64,000 nucleotides of DNA. It comes from an uncultured SAR86 cluster bacterium (lineage in GTDB: Bacteria; Pseudomonadota; Gammaproteobacteria; Magnimaribacterales; AG-339-G14). The translations under genes were made by a program, and so were the position numbers. The notes beneath the pieces were generated by a model, which was not told the origin of the DNA, did not search any database, and saw only the letters and a list, made by a program, of their open reading frames with translations. The DNA is taken from contig CACAWS010000001.1 in NCBI GenBank assembly GCA_902536295.1, positions 43,452-107,451 of the forward strand, given 5' to 3'. Each line of letters starts with the position of its first letter. Position 1 is the stretch's first letter. Below are positions 36,066-46,038 of this stretch, piece by piece.

Positions 36066-38885
36066 ATGGTAAAAATATATTTTTTATATTTATCGTTTTT
36101 TTTAATTTCCTTAGTAGTTCATTCACAAAATGATGAATTAACTGAGCAATTGGTAGTAACTGGATCATTATTAAAATCTAGCAACGAAAGAGTTGTAAAT
36201 CCTTTTTTTAGAATTGATAAAGAAGACTTAGAAAAAAACGGCTCTTTTAGAATTGAAGATTATTTATTTACTTTACCTCAAATTAACCCAAGTAATACTG
36301 CTTTACAATCAGGCTTCTCAAACGGCATTGCGTCCATAAGCTTAAGAGCCTTAGGAAGTGATAGAACCTTGATCTTGGTCGACGGAAAACGTCTTTCTCC
36401 TGGAACTCCATTTGACGGTCATTCTCAGGCAGATATAAATCAGATCCCTGATTCATTAGTTAAAAGAATAGATATAGTTACTGGTGGTAAATCGACTATT
36501 TATGGATCTGATGCGATAGGTGGAGTAGTAAATTTTATTTTAGATAGAACTTTTGAGGGATTAAAAATAGATCTTCAAGGCGGATTTTATAATCATGACA
36601 ATAATAATCATCATTTAAGAGAAATACATCTAGCAAAACCTTATCCCTTAGCGCCAGAGTCTGTAAGTGATGGCAACCAAGAAACTTATTCAATTACATT
36701 TGGAAAAAAATTTAATAAAAACTTACATTTAATTTCATATTTAAATTATAGAAAGGTTGATTTTGTCAGGTGGTCTGAGAGAGATATAAGTAATTGCGCT
36801 CTCTCAAGTAACTCTGTTTGCAGAGGCTCGTCTGCATCAAAAGAAGGTTTTTTTAAGATCGGAGCTGATACAACTTATCATGTTCAAGGTACGAACTTTA
36901 TACCTGGCAGTACTGTTTACAATTTTGCTTCTTTTAACTTTTTGCAACGACCTGATGAAAAATTAAATTTTGGTTTATTAATTGATTATCAAATAAATAA
37001 TAATCATCAAATTAAAACAAGTTATTTTCGAATGAATGATGAGACCACAGCGGGACTGGATTACTCTCTTTTATTTAGAGAGACAGTGTCAATTCCCTGT
37101 GCTAATCCTTTTTTATCCACCCAACAAATTGAAAAATTGTGTACCGATTTTGGTTTAATCAACTCAGATTCTCAGTCAGTCATTTTGAGCAGAAGAAATT
37201 TTGAAGGTTCACCTAGAGAGCAATTTTTTGATTTAACAAATGAACGTTTCGTTTTCGATTTGAATGGAAATCTAAGAAATAATTGGAAATATAATTTTTT
37301 TATTCAGAGATCTATCACAGATTTAAACTATATTTATTTTAATGATATTTCAAAATCCAAAACAGCAAATGCTCTTAATATATCAGGAACAGTATCAAAC
37401 CCAGTATGTATTAGTAATGACCCAGATTGTGTTCCTTGGAACATTTTTATAAACAACGGAAATCAGGTTGTTTCAAATCCATCTTTAGGAGTAACTCAAG
37501 AATTATTGGATTATATTAATTTAGACTTATCTATTTTTGGATCAAGTAATGAATCTCAATATTTTATTAGTTTTATGAACTCAATTCCTTATGAAAGTCA
37601 ATTGCTCTTAAATCCCTCATTTGCTTTTGGATATGAAAAAAGAAAAACGGAGCTAGTTAAACTACCTGATGAAAACTTTCAAGGCGACGACGGTGCTGGG
37701 CAGCAAGTAGAACAACGTGTTTTGATTGGAGAAATAAATGTAGATGAATTCTTTGTTGAATTTCTTTTACCATTCAAAAATTCTCTAGATATTTCAAGTA
37801 GCTATAGATTTTCAGATTATTCTCTTTCGCAAAAAGCCGAAACTTTTGATTTAGGTTTTACTTATTTTCTAAATGATAACTTAATTTTAAAAGCTTCAAT
37901 TCAAAAAGCGATTAGAGCTCCAGCTATTCATGAATTATTTGAACAGACTCATTCAAAATTTGTTGCCCTTAGTTCTGATCCTTGCTCCGGAAATATTCCT
38001 TCAAGATCTTTAAACGATTGTGCTAATACAGGAGTTACAGTCAATCTTTATGGTGACATTGAGGCGCCTGCAAGTTCTATTGCAACTACATTGGGAGGAA
38101 ACTTGAATTTGTCTCCTGAGAAAGCTATTACTTCAAGTATTGGATTAATTTTCAACAATCAAAGAGACTATTTAGAAGTAGATTTTTATCATATTGACTT
38201 AGAGGACCAAATTGGCTCCTCAAATGCAGATACAATTTTATCGCAATGTTTAGATACTGGATTAAGTAAATGGTGCAGTTTAATTGATAGGGATCCTGTC
38301 ACAGGGACTTTTCACGAAGGAACTGGAAAAATCAACACGCCATTATTAAATTTTGTGAGTAACGTCACATCGGGTTTAGATATTTTTTATGAGAGAATCT
38401 TTGAATCAAAAATTGGAACCATTAAAGTAAATAATTTCTCCAATTTTCTTTTGAAAAGAGATATTCAGCAAGCTTCGAGTAATATCCCTCTTGAGTGCTT
38501 AGGAAAATATGAGAATGCATGTGGATTGCCATCACCAAAGATTCAGAATATTTTAACCTTAGATTTGATTACTTCTGTTAACAAAACTCCTATCGATATA
38601 TCAGTTAGAGTTAGATACTTAGGTTCTGTAGATGATATTAATATTGACGATCCAAGTACGACATATAGTGAAAATATTCCCTTTAAAAGTTTTACTTATG
38701 TTGATCCTTCCATCAAATTTTCATTTGATAAACTGAATCTAAGATTTGGTGTCCAGAATTTATTTGATCAAGACCCGCCTGTTAATGGACAAATAGGTTA
38801 TGTGCCAGGTAATGGAAATTTTTACTCCTCTTTTTACGATTCTTTAGGTAGATTCATTTACTTAAGACTTTCAACTCAATTTTAA
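36066..38885 (+). CDS. TonB-dependent receptor (large, substrate unknown)
   Basis: 939 aa. Signal peptide, plug 'ISLRALGSDRTLILVDGKR...IDIVTGGKSTIYGSDAIGGVVNF', multiple Cys pairs in loops, terminal aromatic '...LRLSTQF'. Confidence 0.85.
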   Translation: MVKIYFLYLSFFLISLVVHSQNDELTEQLVVTGSLLKSSNERVVNPFFRIDKEDLEKNGSFRIEDYLFTLPQINPSNTALQSGFSNGIASISLRALGSDRTLILVDGKRLSPGTPFDGHSQADINQIPDSLVKRIDIVTGGKSTIYGSDAIGGVVNFILDRTFEGLKIDLQGGFYNHDNNNHHLREIHLAKPYPLAPESVSDGNQETYSITFGKKFNKNLHLISYLNYRKVDFVRWSERDISNCALSSNSVCRGSSASKEGFFKIGADTTYHVQGTNFIPGSTVYNFASFNFLQRPDEKLNFGLLIDYQINNNHQIKTSYFRMNDETTAGLDYSLLFRETVSIPCANPFLSTQQIEKLCTDFGLINSDSQSVILSRRNFEGSPREQFFDLTNERFVFDLNGNLRNNWKYNFFIQRSITDLNYIYFNDISKSKTANALNISGTVSNPVCISNDPDCVPWNIFINNGNQVVSNPSLGVTQELLDYINLDLSIFGSSNESQYFISFMNSIPYESQLLLNPSFAFGYEKRKTELVKLPDENFQGDDGAGQQVEQRVLIGEINVDEFFVEFLLPFKNSLDISSSYRFSDYSLSQKAETFDLGFTYFLNDNLILKASIQKAIRAPAIHELFEQTHSKFVALSSDPCSGNIPSRSLNDCANTGVTVNLYGDIEAPASSIATTLGGNLNLSPEKAITSSIGLIFNNQRDYLEVDFYHIDLEDQIGSSNADTILSQCLDTGLSKWCSLIDRDPVTGTFHEGTGKINTPLLNFVSNVTSGLDIFYERIFESKIGTIKVNNFSNFLLKRDIQQASSNIPLECLGKYENACGLPSPKIQNILTLDLITSVNKTPIDISVRVRYLGSVDDINIDDPSTTYSENIPFKSFTYVDPSIKFSFDKLNLRFGVQNLFDQDPPVNGQIGYVPGNGNFYSSFYDSLGRFIYLRLSTQF

Positions 38886-38898
38886 AGGTAATACATAT

Positions 38899-39825
38899 AT
38901 GGAGAGTTCTCTTCTAGTAGATATAGGTGGTACTAATTTTAGATACGCTATAGCTGATAATAAGAGTAAATTAATTTCTAAGATTGAAAAGATAAAATTA
39001 AAAAACTCCGAATCCATAGACTCGTTAATAGATCAAATTTTAAAAACAACTCCAGTTGAATTAAATAACATAGTTCTTTCTGTTGCCGGGCCTAAATTAT
39101 ATGACTCAATTGAAATGACAAATAGAAATTTAAAAATTGATCGAGAGGATATTAAAGCAAAATATAAACTTTCCCAATGTTACATTTTGAATGATTGGGA
39201 GGCCGTCGCTTACAGTCATCTTAATGTCAAAGAGGAAAATTTATTCAATGTAATCAATAAGAATAAACAACCTTATAATAATTGTATTTTGTGTGTTGGA
39301 CCCGGAACTGGATTAGGAGTTTCACTTCTATTTGACCATAAGGTTGCGCACGCAACTGAAATAGGAAATATAAATTTTGGTATAAAAGATCTTGTAGATG
39401 ATGATTTTTATTCTTTTAGTAAATTTAGAAAGATCGAAGATGTTTTATCAGGATCCGCAATTTCAAAGTTTTATATGTATTTGACTAAAAAAAATCTAAC
39501 TCCTGAGGAGGTAATTAGGCTTGCAGAAGAAAAAGAGATAGAGGCTCTTGAAGTTGTAAGTGATTTTCTCAAAAAATTAGCATATTTTTTGGCACAATTA
39601 TCTTTAATTTATTTACCAGGCAAAGGTATTTATCTTTCTGGAAGCTTAGTAAGATCATTGAGGTATTTTTTAGAAACTACAGATTTTAAAAAGAATTACT
39701 TTCTTTCAAACAAAAATTCACCACAATTTAAGATATTAGAAAATACGGTAATTAATATAGTAGATCAAGAACACTTAGCCCTTTATGGTTGTTTAAATTA
39801 TATTAATTTAGTTCAGAAAGCTTGA
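38899..39825 (+). CDS. glk: Glucokinase
   Basis: 308 aa. 'LLVDIGGTNFRYAIAD' ATP-binding start, 'LNDWEAVAY', 'VGPGTGLGV', 'ATEIGN'. Confidence 0.75.
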   Translation: MESSLLVDIGGTNFRYAIADNKSKLISKIEKIKLKNSESIDSLIDQILKTTPVELNNIVLSVAGPKLYDSIEMTNRNLKIDREDIKAKYKLSQCYILNDWEAVAYSHLNVKEENLFNVINKNKQPYNNCILCVGPGTGLGVSLLFDHKVAHATEIGNINFGIKDLVDDDFYSFSKFRKIEDVLSGSAISKFYMYLTKKNLTPEEVIRLAEEKEIEALEVVSDFLKKLAYFLAQLSLIYLPGKGIYLSGSLVRSLRYFLETTDFKKNYFLSNKNSPQFKILENTVINIVDQEHLALYGCLNYINLVQKA

Positions 39826-41209
39826 GATTAAGAATGTCTCCTGGATAGATTAAGCTTTCGTCTTCAATTTTATTCCATTTTAAGATCCAATCCTTTGTAA
39901 TTCCAAACTTTAAAGATATTTTGTTTATGGTGTCTCCTGATTTAACTGGATACGCAATATCATTTCTATTAATTTTGGGAACCGGTCTAGGTTTTAAATA
40001 TTTTGGATAGATTAAAATCTTAGTTCCTGTGATGAGGAAATTAGACGGATTTAAATCATTCCATATGGAAAGGTCTCTAATTGTCACTTCAAACTTTTTA
40101 GCAATTGACCATAAACTATCACCACTTTGTACGTAATAAACATCTGGTCGGTTAAGATAATCTTTTATCCAACTTGGACCTCTTGGCACTATTAATTCTT
40201 CTGATTCATAAATAATATCGTCCTTAAGTCCGTTTATTTCTTTCAATAGTTCAAAATCAATAAGATACTTTTCTGCGATTGAACTTAATGTATCGCCGCG
40301 TGATACCAAATATTTATCCCATTGGACCAGCTCATTAGGATCAATGTCTTCTAAGATAATCTGAAATCTATCTGCAATTCCAACTGGCAATAAGATATGA
40401 AACGGACCATTTGGATCAGTTGCCCATTGATTAAAACCTGGATTAAGCTCATAGATCAATTCTAAGTTCACTCCAGATAAATTAGAGACCTGCATTAAAT
40501 CTACTTGAGAGGGTAGTTCAATAATTCTGAAATAAGGTCTATTTGGTAAAAAGGGAAGTTGAATATTGAAATCATTAGGGTTTCGAATTAACTCAACTAT
40601 TGCTAATATTTTAGGAACATATGCTTTGGTTTCTCTGGGAAGATTTAACGACCAGAAATCCGTTGGGAGGCCATTTTTTTTATTTTTTTCTATTTCTTTT
40701 TTTATTCTAGAAGGACCAGCATTATAGGCGGCAATTGCTATTAACCAATCTCCATATCTTTCGTATAGTTTTGATAAAAAACCATATGCAGCTTCGGTAG
40801 AAGCAACAATATCTCTTCGACCGTCATACCACCAATTTTTTTTTAAACCATTTTCTCTTGCAGTACTCGGGATAAATTGCCAAATCCCAGAAGCGCCAGT
40901 TGCTGATCTTGCGTATGGATCGAATTGACTTTCTACAAAAGGTATTAAACTCAATTCAACTGGCAAACCCTTTCTTAAGCCCTCTTTAACAGTATAGTAG
41001 AGATATCTTTGTCCATTTTTGGAAAGTCTGTTTATTAAATATTGATTACTAATGTACTTATCAGATGCATTGATGATTTCTGTTCTTTTAGAATCATATT
41101 TCAAATTACTATTTGATTTAATTAGATCCCATAAAGATTCAGAGGATCTTACATTTTGACCATAAAGGTTATTGGTGATTATTAAAAATATAATAAAGAG
41201 ATATTTCAT
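39803..41209 (-). CDS. mltD: Membrane-bound lytic murein transglycosylase D (SLT domain + LysM repeats)
   Basis: 468 aa. SLT catalytic block 'PFVESQFDPYARSATGASGIWQFIPSTA', 'AAYNAGPSR', three LysM-like repeats ('RGDTLSSIAEKY', 'SGDSLWSIAKKF', 'SGDTINKISLKF'). Confidence 0.85.
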   Translation of the reverse strand: MKYLFIIFLIITNNLYGQNVRSSESLWDLIKSNSNLKYDSKRTEIINASDKYISNQYLINRLSKNGQRYLYYTVKEGLRKGLPVELSLIPFVESQFDPYARSATGASGIWQFIPSTARENGLKKNWWYDGRRDIVASTEAAYGFLSKLYERYGDWLIAIAAYNAGPSRIKKEIEKNKKNGLPTDFWSLNLPRETKAYVPKILAIVELIRNPNDFNIQLPFLPNRPYFRIIELPSQVDLMQVSNLSGVNLELIYELNPGFNQWATDPNGPFHILLPVGIADRFQIILEDIDPNELVQWDKYLVSRGDTLSSIAEKYLIDFELLKEINGLKDDIIYESEELIVPRGPSWIKDYLNRPDVYYVQSGDSLWSIAKKFEVTIRDLSIWNDLNPSNFLITGTKILIYPKYLKPRPVPKINRNDIAYPVKSGDTINKISLKFGITKDWILKWNKIEDESLIYPGDILNLKLSELN

Positions 41210-41976
41210 TAAAAACTATCTTTCCATTCTCGCACGGCTTTGAGAGTATCAACTTCTTTAGTAAGTTTTGAAGAGTTAAAATTACTAGCATTAGTAATTA
41301 TATTTTCATCGCTAAGCCTTAAAAAAGGATTTATTCTTAATTCTTTTTCTATAGTCGAAGGCAAGGTAATTTCGTCATTTTTTCTTTTATCCTTTACCTC
41401 TGAATGATATTTTTTGAGAAATTCATTTTCATCATTAACTACCACAGCAAAATTCAAATTACTTTCAGTGTATTCGTGAGTGCAATAAACTAAAGTTTCA
41501 GGAGATAGATTTTTAAGTTTAGTCAGTGAGTCATACATTTGCGACGGAGTGCCTTCAAATAGTCTTCCACAGCCGCCAGAAAAAAGTGTATCGCCGCAAA
41601 ATAATAATTTTTGATCTTTCTCTGAATAATAAGCAATATGATCAAGAGTATGCCCAGGAACCTCAAAAACTTTAAAATTTTGACCAAAGATTTGGATTGA
41701 ATCATTCTCTTTCAATTCTACAGATATGCCCTCAATATTACTTCCAGAAGGACCGAAAACTGGAACATTAAATTTATCAACTAAAGTTTTTATTCCCCCA
41801 GTATGGTCAAAATGGTGATGCGTAATTAATATACCTTCTAAAATGAAGTCATTTTCTTCAAGAAATGATAAAACTGGACTTGGATCACCTGGATCAACAA
41901 CATAAACTGATTCTTTACTAACCAAAGCCCAGATATAATTATCAGTAAATGCTTTTATGGGAATAACTTCAATCAC
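41209..41976 (-). CDS. gloB: Hydroxyacylglutathione hydrolase (glyoxalase II)
   Basis: 255 aa. 'DNYIWAL', 'THHHFDHTGG', 'VPGHTLDHIAY', 'CGDTLFSGGCGR', 'CTHEYT'. Confidence 0.9.
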   Translation of the reverse strand: MIEVIPIKAFTDNYIWALVSKESVYVVDPGDPSPVLSFLEENDFILEGILITHHHFDHTGGIKTLVDKFNVPVFGPSGSNIEGISVELKENDSIQIFGQNFKVFEVPGHTLDHIAYYSEKDQKLLFCGDTLFSGGCGRLFEGTPSQMYDSLTKLKNLSPETLVYCTHEYTESNLNFAVVVNDENEFLKKYHSEVKDKRKNDEITLPSTIEKELRINPFLRLSDENIITNASNFNSSKLTKEVDTLKAVREWKDSF

Positions 41977-42021
41977 AAGTTAATTTTATCATTAGGAGAT
42001 GCAATTGTTTAACAGCAAAAA

Positions 42022-42459
42022 ATGAAAAAGATTAGAATTTATACAGATGGAGCTTGTAAAGGAAATCCAGGTATTGGGGGATGGGGTGTATTAATTTTAT
42101 TGGAAAATGAACAAATTGAACTTAGCGGCGGTTCTAAAGAAACAACAAATAATCAAATGGAATTAACTGCTGTAATTAAAGCATTGAATTTCTTTGATAA
42201 AAAAATTGATCTGGATTTATACACGGATTCAAAATATGTAATGGATGGCATTACTGACTATATTAAAAAGTGGAAAATCAATGGGTGGCGAACTGCAAAT
42301 AAAAAACCTGTAAAGAACATAAGTTTATGGAAAGCATTAGACGAATTAAATAATTTTCATGAAATAAAATGGAATTGGGTAAGGGGCCATAGTGGCAATC
42401 CTGAAAACGAAAAAGCCGATGCTTTGGCAAATTTAGGTATTGAGAATTTAGATAAATGA
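42022..42459 (+). CDS. rnhA: Ribonuclease HI
   Basis: 145 aa. 'IYTDGACKGNPG.GGWG', 'TTNNQMELTA', 'TDSKYV', 'W.WVRGHSGNPENEKADALA'. Confidence 0.92.
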   Translation: MKKIRIYTDGACKGNPGIGGWGVLILLENEQIELSGGSKETTNNQMELTAVIKALNFFDKKIDLDLYTDSKYVMDGITDYIKKWKINGWRTANKKPVKNISLWKALDELNNFHEIKWNWVRGHSGNPENEKADALANLGIENLDK

Positions 42460-43130
42460 AGCAAATTTTTTTAGATACTGAAACTACAGGATTGGATTAT
42501 AAATCTGGACACAAGTTAATTGAGATTGCTTGCGTGGAAATTGAAAATAGAAAATTTACTGGAAGAGAATATCAGTCATACTTAAATCCAAATAGAGCAA
42601 TTGATCCTGGTGCAGTTAAAGTTCATGGACTTTCTCAAGAATTCCTTTCAGACAAACCTAAATTTATTGATGTCTATTCAGAACTTCTTGAATTTATAAA
42701 AGGAGCAGAACTCTTAATCCATAATGCAGAATTTGATATAGGATTCATTAATAACGAATTAGCATTGAATAATATTTCAGAAAGAATAGAGGATTATGCA
42801 GCCAAAATAACAGATACTTTATTGATGGCGCGTCAAATACATCCTGGACAGAGAAATAGTCTAGAAGTGTTGACGGAAAGATATAATGTTCAGGGCTATG
42901 ATCGTTCTTATCACGGAGCTTTAGTTGATTCAAAAATCTTAGGTGAGGTGTATCTTTCGATGACCGGGGGCCAAACTGACTTAAAATTAGCACCGTCGCA
43001 AATAAATTCTACTAATGCTAGAACTATTAAAGTTGACGGTTCAATACCTCTTCTAAGAGTTAAAGCAACTTCCGAAGAAAATAAACTTCACGAAAAATAT
43101 TTATTATCTTTATCAAAAAATGAAAACTAG
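42456..43130 (+). CDS. dnaQ: DNA polymerase III epsilon subunit (3'-5' exonuclease)
   Basis: 224 aa. Exo I 'IFLDTETTGL', Exo II 'LIHNAEFDIGF', Exo III 'YHGALVDSKILGEVY'. ATGA overlap with rnhA. Confidence 0.9.
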   Translation: MKQIFLDTETTGLDYKSGHKLIEIACVEIENRKFTGREYQSYLNPNRAIDPGAVKVHGLSQEFLSDKPKFIDVYSELLEFIKGAELLIHNAEFDIGFINNELALNNISERIEDYAAKITDTLLMARQIHPGQRNSLEVLTERYNVQGYDRSYHGALVDSKILGEVYLSMTGGQTDLKLAPSQINSTNARTIKVDGSIPLLRVKATSEENKLHEKYLLSLSKNEN

Positions 43131-44487
43131 ATTTGCCCCAAGCCCAACAGGCCACTTACATATAGGCGGCGCTAGAACAGCAATTTTTGCTTGGCTTCAA
43201 GCCAAGGCTAATAATGGGAAGTTCTTGTTGAGGTTTGAAGACACGGATAAAGAAAGATCAAAAAAAGAATACGTTGATTCCATAATCAATAGTTTGAAAT
43301 GGCTTGGCATCGAGCCTGATGAAAAGCCATTATTTCAAAGTGATCGTATTAATAGACATAAAGAAATTGCTTTAGACTTGCATAAAAAAGGATTGGCTTA
43401 TTCATGTAATGTTTCCTCAGAAAGATTAGAAGAAGTCAGGAAAATTCAACAGCAGAATAAACAGCAACCCAGATACGACGGTTTTAGTAGAGATTTAAAT
43501 CTACCTCATGAGGAAGGAAATGTCTTACGTTTTAAAATGCCACTTGATGGCATTACTTCGTTTGAAGACAAAATATTAAAGAAAATATCTATTAATAATA
43601 AGGAACTTGATGATTTTATTATTTTAAGATCAGATGGCTCTCCTACATATAATTTTTGTGCTGCAATTGATGATTTGGATATGCAAATTACCAACGTCAT
43701 TAGGGGTGATGATCATCTCACCAATACCTTAAAACAAATTAATATATTAAAAGCTATGAATTCAGAATTGCCAGAGTATGCCCACTTACCTATGGTTTTA
43801 TCTTCGTCAGGAAAAAGATTGTCTAAAAGAGAAGGAGCATTGGATATTTTAGAATATAAAAAAATGGGTTATCTAAAAGAGGCCATGGTTAATTATCTAA
43901 TTAAATTAGGCTGGTCATTTAAGGAGCAAGAAATATTTTCAGAAAGTGATCTGATTGAACACTTTGATATAAAGAATGTGAATTCTTCTGCTGCAAAATT
44001 TTCTCAAGAATTGTTAGATTTTTACAATAATCATTATCTTAAGGAATCAAATTTAGAAGAGCTTTTCGTTTACATCAATGGTAATTTTTCTCTATCAGAA
44101 AAATTTATGAGAAATGATAAAAAATTTGAAATTGTCGATTTGATGCGAGAAGGCTCAAAAAATATTTCCAATCTTGTTGATGAGTTAACTTTTTTTTATG
44201 AAGACCCAGATATTTCCGATGAGTTGATGAAGAACATTCAAATTGATAAAAGTTTACTAGATTCATTTAAAGAGGAACTAAAGGAAGTAGATTTTAAGGA
44301 TAAATTATTAATTGGTGTATTTATAGATAGTTTCTTGACTAAAAATAATATGAAATTTCCTTTATTGGGAAAACCATTAAGATTAATATTAACCGGTAAA
44401 TCTAATGCGCCTTCAATTTCAGACTTGCTTTATTTAATTGGCAAAGAAAGTTGTATTAACCGTATAGATAATTATTTGAATAGTTAA
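43120..44487 (+). CDS. gltX: Glutamyl-tRNA synthetase
   Basis: 455 aa. 'RFAPSPTGHLHIGGART' (HIGH) and 'GKRLSKR' (KMSKS-type). Confidence 0.92.
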   Translation: MKTRFAPSPTGHLHIGGARTAIFAWLQAKANNGKFLLRFEDTDKERSKKEYVDSIINSLKWLGIEPDEKPLFQSDRINRHKEIALDLHKKGLAYSCNVSSERLEEVRKIQQQNKQQPRYDGFSRDLNLPHEEGNVLRFKMPLDGITSFEDKILKKISINNKELDDFIILRSDGSPTYNFCAAIDDLDMQITNVIRGDDHLTNTLKQINILKAMNSELPEYAHLPMVLSSSGKRLSKREGALDILEYKKMGYLKEAMVNYLIKLGWSFKEQEIFSESDLIEHFDIKNVNSSAAKFSQELLDFYNNHYLKESNLEELFVYINGNFSLSEKFMRNDKKFEIVDLMREGSKNISNLVDELTFFYEDPDISDELMKNIQIDKSLLDSFKEELKEVDFKDKLLIGVFIDSFLTKNNMKFPLLGKPLRLILTGKSNAPSISDLLYLIGKESCINRIDNYLNS

Positions 44488-44497
44488 AGACTGATAA

Positions 44498-44683
44498 ATG
44501 ATAGATAAAAAATTGTTAGATGTTCTAGTATGCCCTAAATCAAAAAAGAAGTTGATTTTGATTGGGCAAGAATTATTTTGTATTGAAAGTAAATTAGCCT
44601 ATCCGATAAATGATGGAATTCCGATCCTTTTGGTCAAAGAAGCTAGAGAATTGACTTCAGAAGAAATTTCCAATATTAATTAA
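44498..44683 (+). CDS. Trm112/YcaR-family small protein
   Basis: 61 aa. 'LLDVLVCPKSKKKL...YPINDGIPILL' is the Trm112 zinc-ribbon-like signature. Confidence 0.75.
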   Translation: MIDKKLLDVLVCPKSKKKLILIGQELFCIESKLAYPINDGIPILLVKEARELTSEEISNIN

Positions 44684-45969
44684 TCAGTCTCTGCTAAATC
44701 TCGTTTATTTTGACCGCTAGCTAAACTCGCATGATTGAGTATGTTTCTAGCCATTGAAGATTCCTGCTTAGAAGAAAAATTACTGTAAATAATTTTTCTA
44801 GCTTCATGTATTTTTTCGTTTGTTTCATCAGCATAAAAAGCAGTTTCAATAAGATGCGCCGCTAGCTTATCATTTCCATCATAACTAAGATTTAAGGCTT
44901 TCTTAACAATCACTTCTACACCTCCAGATAATTCAACCCAAACCTTAGATTCATCTGATCTTGGGGCAGGTAGTAATCGATCATATTCACCATCCCACCA
45001 TCCGCCATATCTTCTCCAAACCATTCGAATTAAAAATTCTGGATCGTCGTAAACCGGTCTTAACCAAGGTAGTTTTAACAAATCATCTGAAATTTTAACT
45101 GAATGAATTATTTCGTTTAATCTCTTGCCTTTATTCATCATTTTAACTGTTTGGGTTTCGATTGAATTAAGAAGGCTTGAAGTTGTAGAAAGTGCTTCTT
45201 TAATTCTTTCTTTACCAAAGATGGGAAACCCATGACCTGGTAATAAAATTTCAGGCTCTAACGCAATCATCTGGTTTAATGAATTCGCCCAATCGGATAT
45301 ATATCTCTGAACCTTTTGGGGATTGCCACCATTTGGCACTGCCCATATAAATAAATCTCCAGGCGCAATGATATTTTCTTCAGGTATATGAACCCAAGTG
45401 TGATCATCAGTTTCACCTCTACCATGATATAGATTGAAAGTTAATTTTCCTTGTTTGAATGATGTTTTAGATTTAAAAGTTTTATCTGGATACCTGTATT
45501 CGGTAGGCCATTGAAATTTGTCTACATCAATAGCAAACTGTCTTCGGTTTATTGCAGTATTCCAGCCATTTGTTAACTTATATCTGTCAAAATGATTTGG
45601 AGTAAGTTCATGAGAATAAACTGTAGGAAGCGGTTTATTATTTGCTTTGCATTCTTCATCAAACTTTTTTACCGCAAAAATGTGATCAACATGATGATGA
45701 GTAAAAATTGCCGCTTTTAAAAATTCCTTAGGTCTCCATTTTTTAATTTCTTTGTAACCGGTTTCTATATCTAATTGGCTACCAGCGTCAATCATAACTA
45801 ATCCATCTCCAGTATCTAATGCAAAAAAACCTCCAATCCCCTTCATTGCTAATAAATTGGATTTAATTTCTGTCGATCCTTCATAAAAAGAATGTACAGG
45901 GTGATGTTCAAATTTAGTATCTAGCAAACCTTTCCAGGCTAATTCTGATAATTCTTTTAAATCACTCAT
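44680..45969 (-). CDS. MBL-fold alkyl/aryl-sulfatase-like hydrolase (SdsA1/Bds1-type N-terminal and dimerisation domains, no SCP2 tail)
   Basis: 429 aa. 'THHHVDH' metallo-beta-lactamase motif, 'GETDDHTWV', 'PGHG', 'RRYGGWWDGE' dimerisation-domain block. Confidence 0.65.
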   Translation of the reverse strand: MSDLKELSELAWKGLLDTKFEHHPVHSFYEGSTEIKSNLLAMKGIGGFFALDTGDGLVMIDAGSQLDIETGYKEIKKWRPKEFLKAAIFTHHHVDHIFAVKKFDEECKANNKPLPTVYSHELTPNHFDRYKLTNGWNTAINRRQFAIDVDKFQWPTEYRYPDKTFKSKTSFKQGKLTFNLYHGRGETDDHTWVHIPEENIIAPGDLFIWAVPNGGNPQKVQRYISDWANSLNQMIALEPEILLPGHGFPIFGKERIKEALSTTSSLLNSIETQTVKMMNKGKRLNEIIHSVKISDDLLKLPWLRPVYDDPEFLIRMVWRRYGGWWDGEYDRLLPAPRSDESKVWVELSGGVEVIVKKALNLSYDGNDKLAAHLIETAFYADETNEKIHEARKIIYSNFSSKQESSMARNILNHASLASGQNKRDLAETD

Positions 45970-46038
45970 AACTCCCTCATTGAATTAGTGTTAAAGACAA
46001 AGTATCTTTTAATTATAAATTAGTATTGGGGAGAGAAA

